Shown one piece after another: positions 63,107 to 64,000 of a DNA stretch of 64,000 nt (its first letter is position 1; every line of letters starts with the position of its first letter). The stretch spans positions 108,338-172,337 of the forward strand of contig CAZODI010000001.1 in assembly GCA_964578535.1 (NCBI GenBank), in the 5' to 3' direction. The position numbers were made by a program, and so were the translations under genes. The notes beneath the pieces are model-generated. The model was not told the origin of the DNA, made no database searches, and saw only the letters and a list, made by a program, of their open reading frames with translations. The stretch comes from an uncultured Syntrophaceae bacterium. Its GTDB lineage: Bacteria > Desulfobacterota > Syntrophia > Syntrophales > PHBD01.

Positions 63107-64000
63107 ATGAGATCGAGATCGTTCGCCGGTTGTCTAGTTGCCCTGATGGTTCTTCTGAGTATCCCCTTTTGCATCTCCATATCCCATGCCGAGACCGCTG
63201 AATACGGGGATATCGTCAAGGCGATCGGGGAACGGAAGGCCTCCTGGAAAGCGAAAGAGACAACAATCTCCAAACGGAGCGCAGAAGCTCGAAAAAACAT
63301 CCTGGCGGCGGAGCCCCTTGGAGCCGCGGGCGATGAGAATGTCCTGGCGACAACCGGCAAGGCCCTGCCTTCCCGGCTGGACTGGAGGAGTTACAGCGGC
63401 GGCAGCTACGTAACTCCGGTGAAGGAACAGGGATTGTGTGCCTCCGGGTGGTCGTTCGCAGCCACGGCAGCCCTCGAATCCAACCTCCTCATCTCGCAGA
63501 ACACCCCCGGCTCGACCCTCGATCTTTCGGAACAGGCCCTGATTGCCTGCAGCGGCGCCGGCGGCTGCCAGGGCGGCTGGCTCAACACGGCATCGGAATT
63601 TCTCCGCAGCGTGGGATTGCCCGCGGAGGGCTGCTATCCCTACACGGCAACGGACGGGTTATGCTCGAACGCCTGCGCCGAGTGGCCGGGCAGCTCCAGC
63701 CGGATCTCCAACTGGTTCAACGTTTCTCCCACGGTACAATCCCTCAAGTACGCCCTTTACAACTTCGGTCCTGCGGTTGCGCTCATGGAAATCCGCACGG
63801 ACTTCCTGTTCTACGGGACGGGGATTTATTCGCCCGTATGGGGCGGCCGCGAGGGGTACCATGCCGTGCTGATCGTCGGATACGACGATGCGGGGCAGTA
63901 TTTCATCGTCAAGAACAGCTGGGGCACCGACTGGGGCGAAGACGGCTATGCGCGGATCTCCTACAGTGAAATCCCGGCTCTGGTTTCGATCATAGCCTAT
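63107..64000 (+). CDS. Secreted papain-family (C1A-like) protein with catalytic Cys replaced by Gly (3' end outside window)
   Basis: This ORF is not in the ORF track because it runs off the window. The ATG is preceded by GGAGGTG, and the signal peptide is MRSRSFAGCLVALMVLLSIPFCISISHA. VTPVKEQGLCASGWSFAAT aligns with papain VTPVKNQGSCGSCWAFSAV. His (GYHAVLIVGYDD) and Asn (VKNSWGTDWGEDGY) motifs are present. Confidence 0.8.
   Translation, partial: MRSRSFAGCLVALMVLLSIPFCISISHAETAEYGDIVKAIGERKASWKAKETTISKRSAEARKNILAAEPLGAAGDENVLATTGKALPSRLDWRSYSGGSYVTPVKEQGLCASGWSFAATAALESNLLISQNTPGSTLDLSEQALIACSGAGGCQGGWLNTASEFLRSVGLPAEGCYPYTATDGLCSNACAEWPGSSSRISNWFNVSPTVQSLKYALYNFGPAVALMEIRTDFLFYGTGIYSPVWGGREGYHAVLIVGYDDAGQYFIVKNSWGTDWGEDGYARISYSEIPALVSIIAY

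Overview
High-GC bacterial chromosomal segment, roughly 60-65% G+C by eye, with AT-richer patches at about 14.7-18.3 kb and 62.8-63.0 kb. Gene content (two sigma-54 activators, a TfrAB-like fumarate reductase, an IPMS/Re-citrate-synthase-family enzyme, an EF-G paralogue) suggests an anaerobic deltaproteobacterium-like (Syntrophales/Desulfobacterota-type) genome; that placement is inference only. I can support about 60 protein genes and one tRNA-Sec (selC). I saw no rRNA, CRISPR array or intact transposase. Housekeeping genes: adk, a UvrD-family helicase, hisS-aspS, comEC, moeA, a MogA/MoaB-type gene, ferritin, PMM/PGM, pyrK-pyrD and rimI. Signalling genes: a histidine kinase with an NtrC-type regulator, PAS-GGDEF-HD, HD-GYP and PilZ. 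Most interesting observations: (1) At 2.15-9.0 kb, a tightly coupled five-gene operon sits behind a near-consensus -24/-12 promoter next to an AcoR-type sigma-54 activator. It encodes a phosphotriesterase-like lactonase, an acyl-CoA synthetase, an uncharacterised 344-aa protein, an APH-type kinase and a small DUF6285-like partner. It resembles the lva / ACAD10-11 logic for 4-hydroxyacyl-CoA phosphorylation but has no acyl-CoA dehydrogenase, so the unknown protein is a candidate new phosphate-elimination enzyme in a lactone/hydroxy-acid pathway. (2) A secreted 14xWD40-caspase protein whose stop codon abuts an internally deleted ADP-forming acyl-CoA synthetase remnant. (3) A degraded low-GC island at selC with an integrase remnant and an amber-interrupted gene. 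(4) A secreted papain-family protein with the catalytic Cys replaced by Gly. (5) A recurring 25-27 nt palindromic element, and a hairpin-rich 0.5 kb non-coding region flanked by two copies of it. (6) An HD-GYP gene paired with a large paralogous-N-domain protein. Many very long ORFs in the six-frame track are antisense shadow ORFs typical of high-GC DNA and were rejected.
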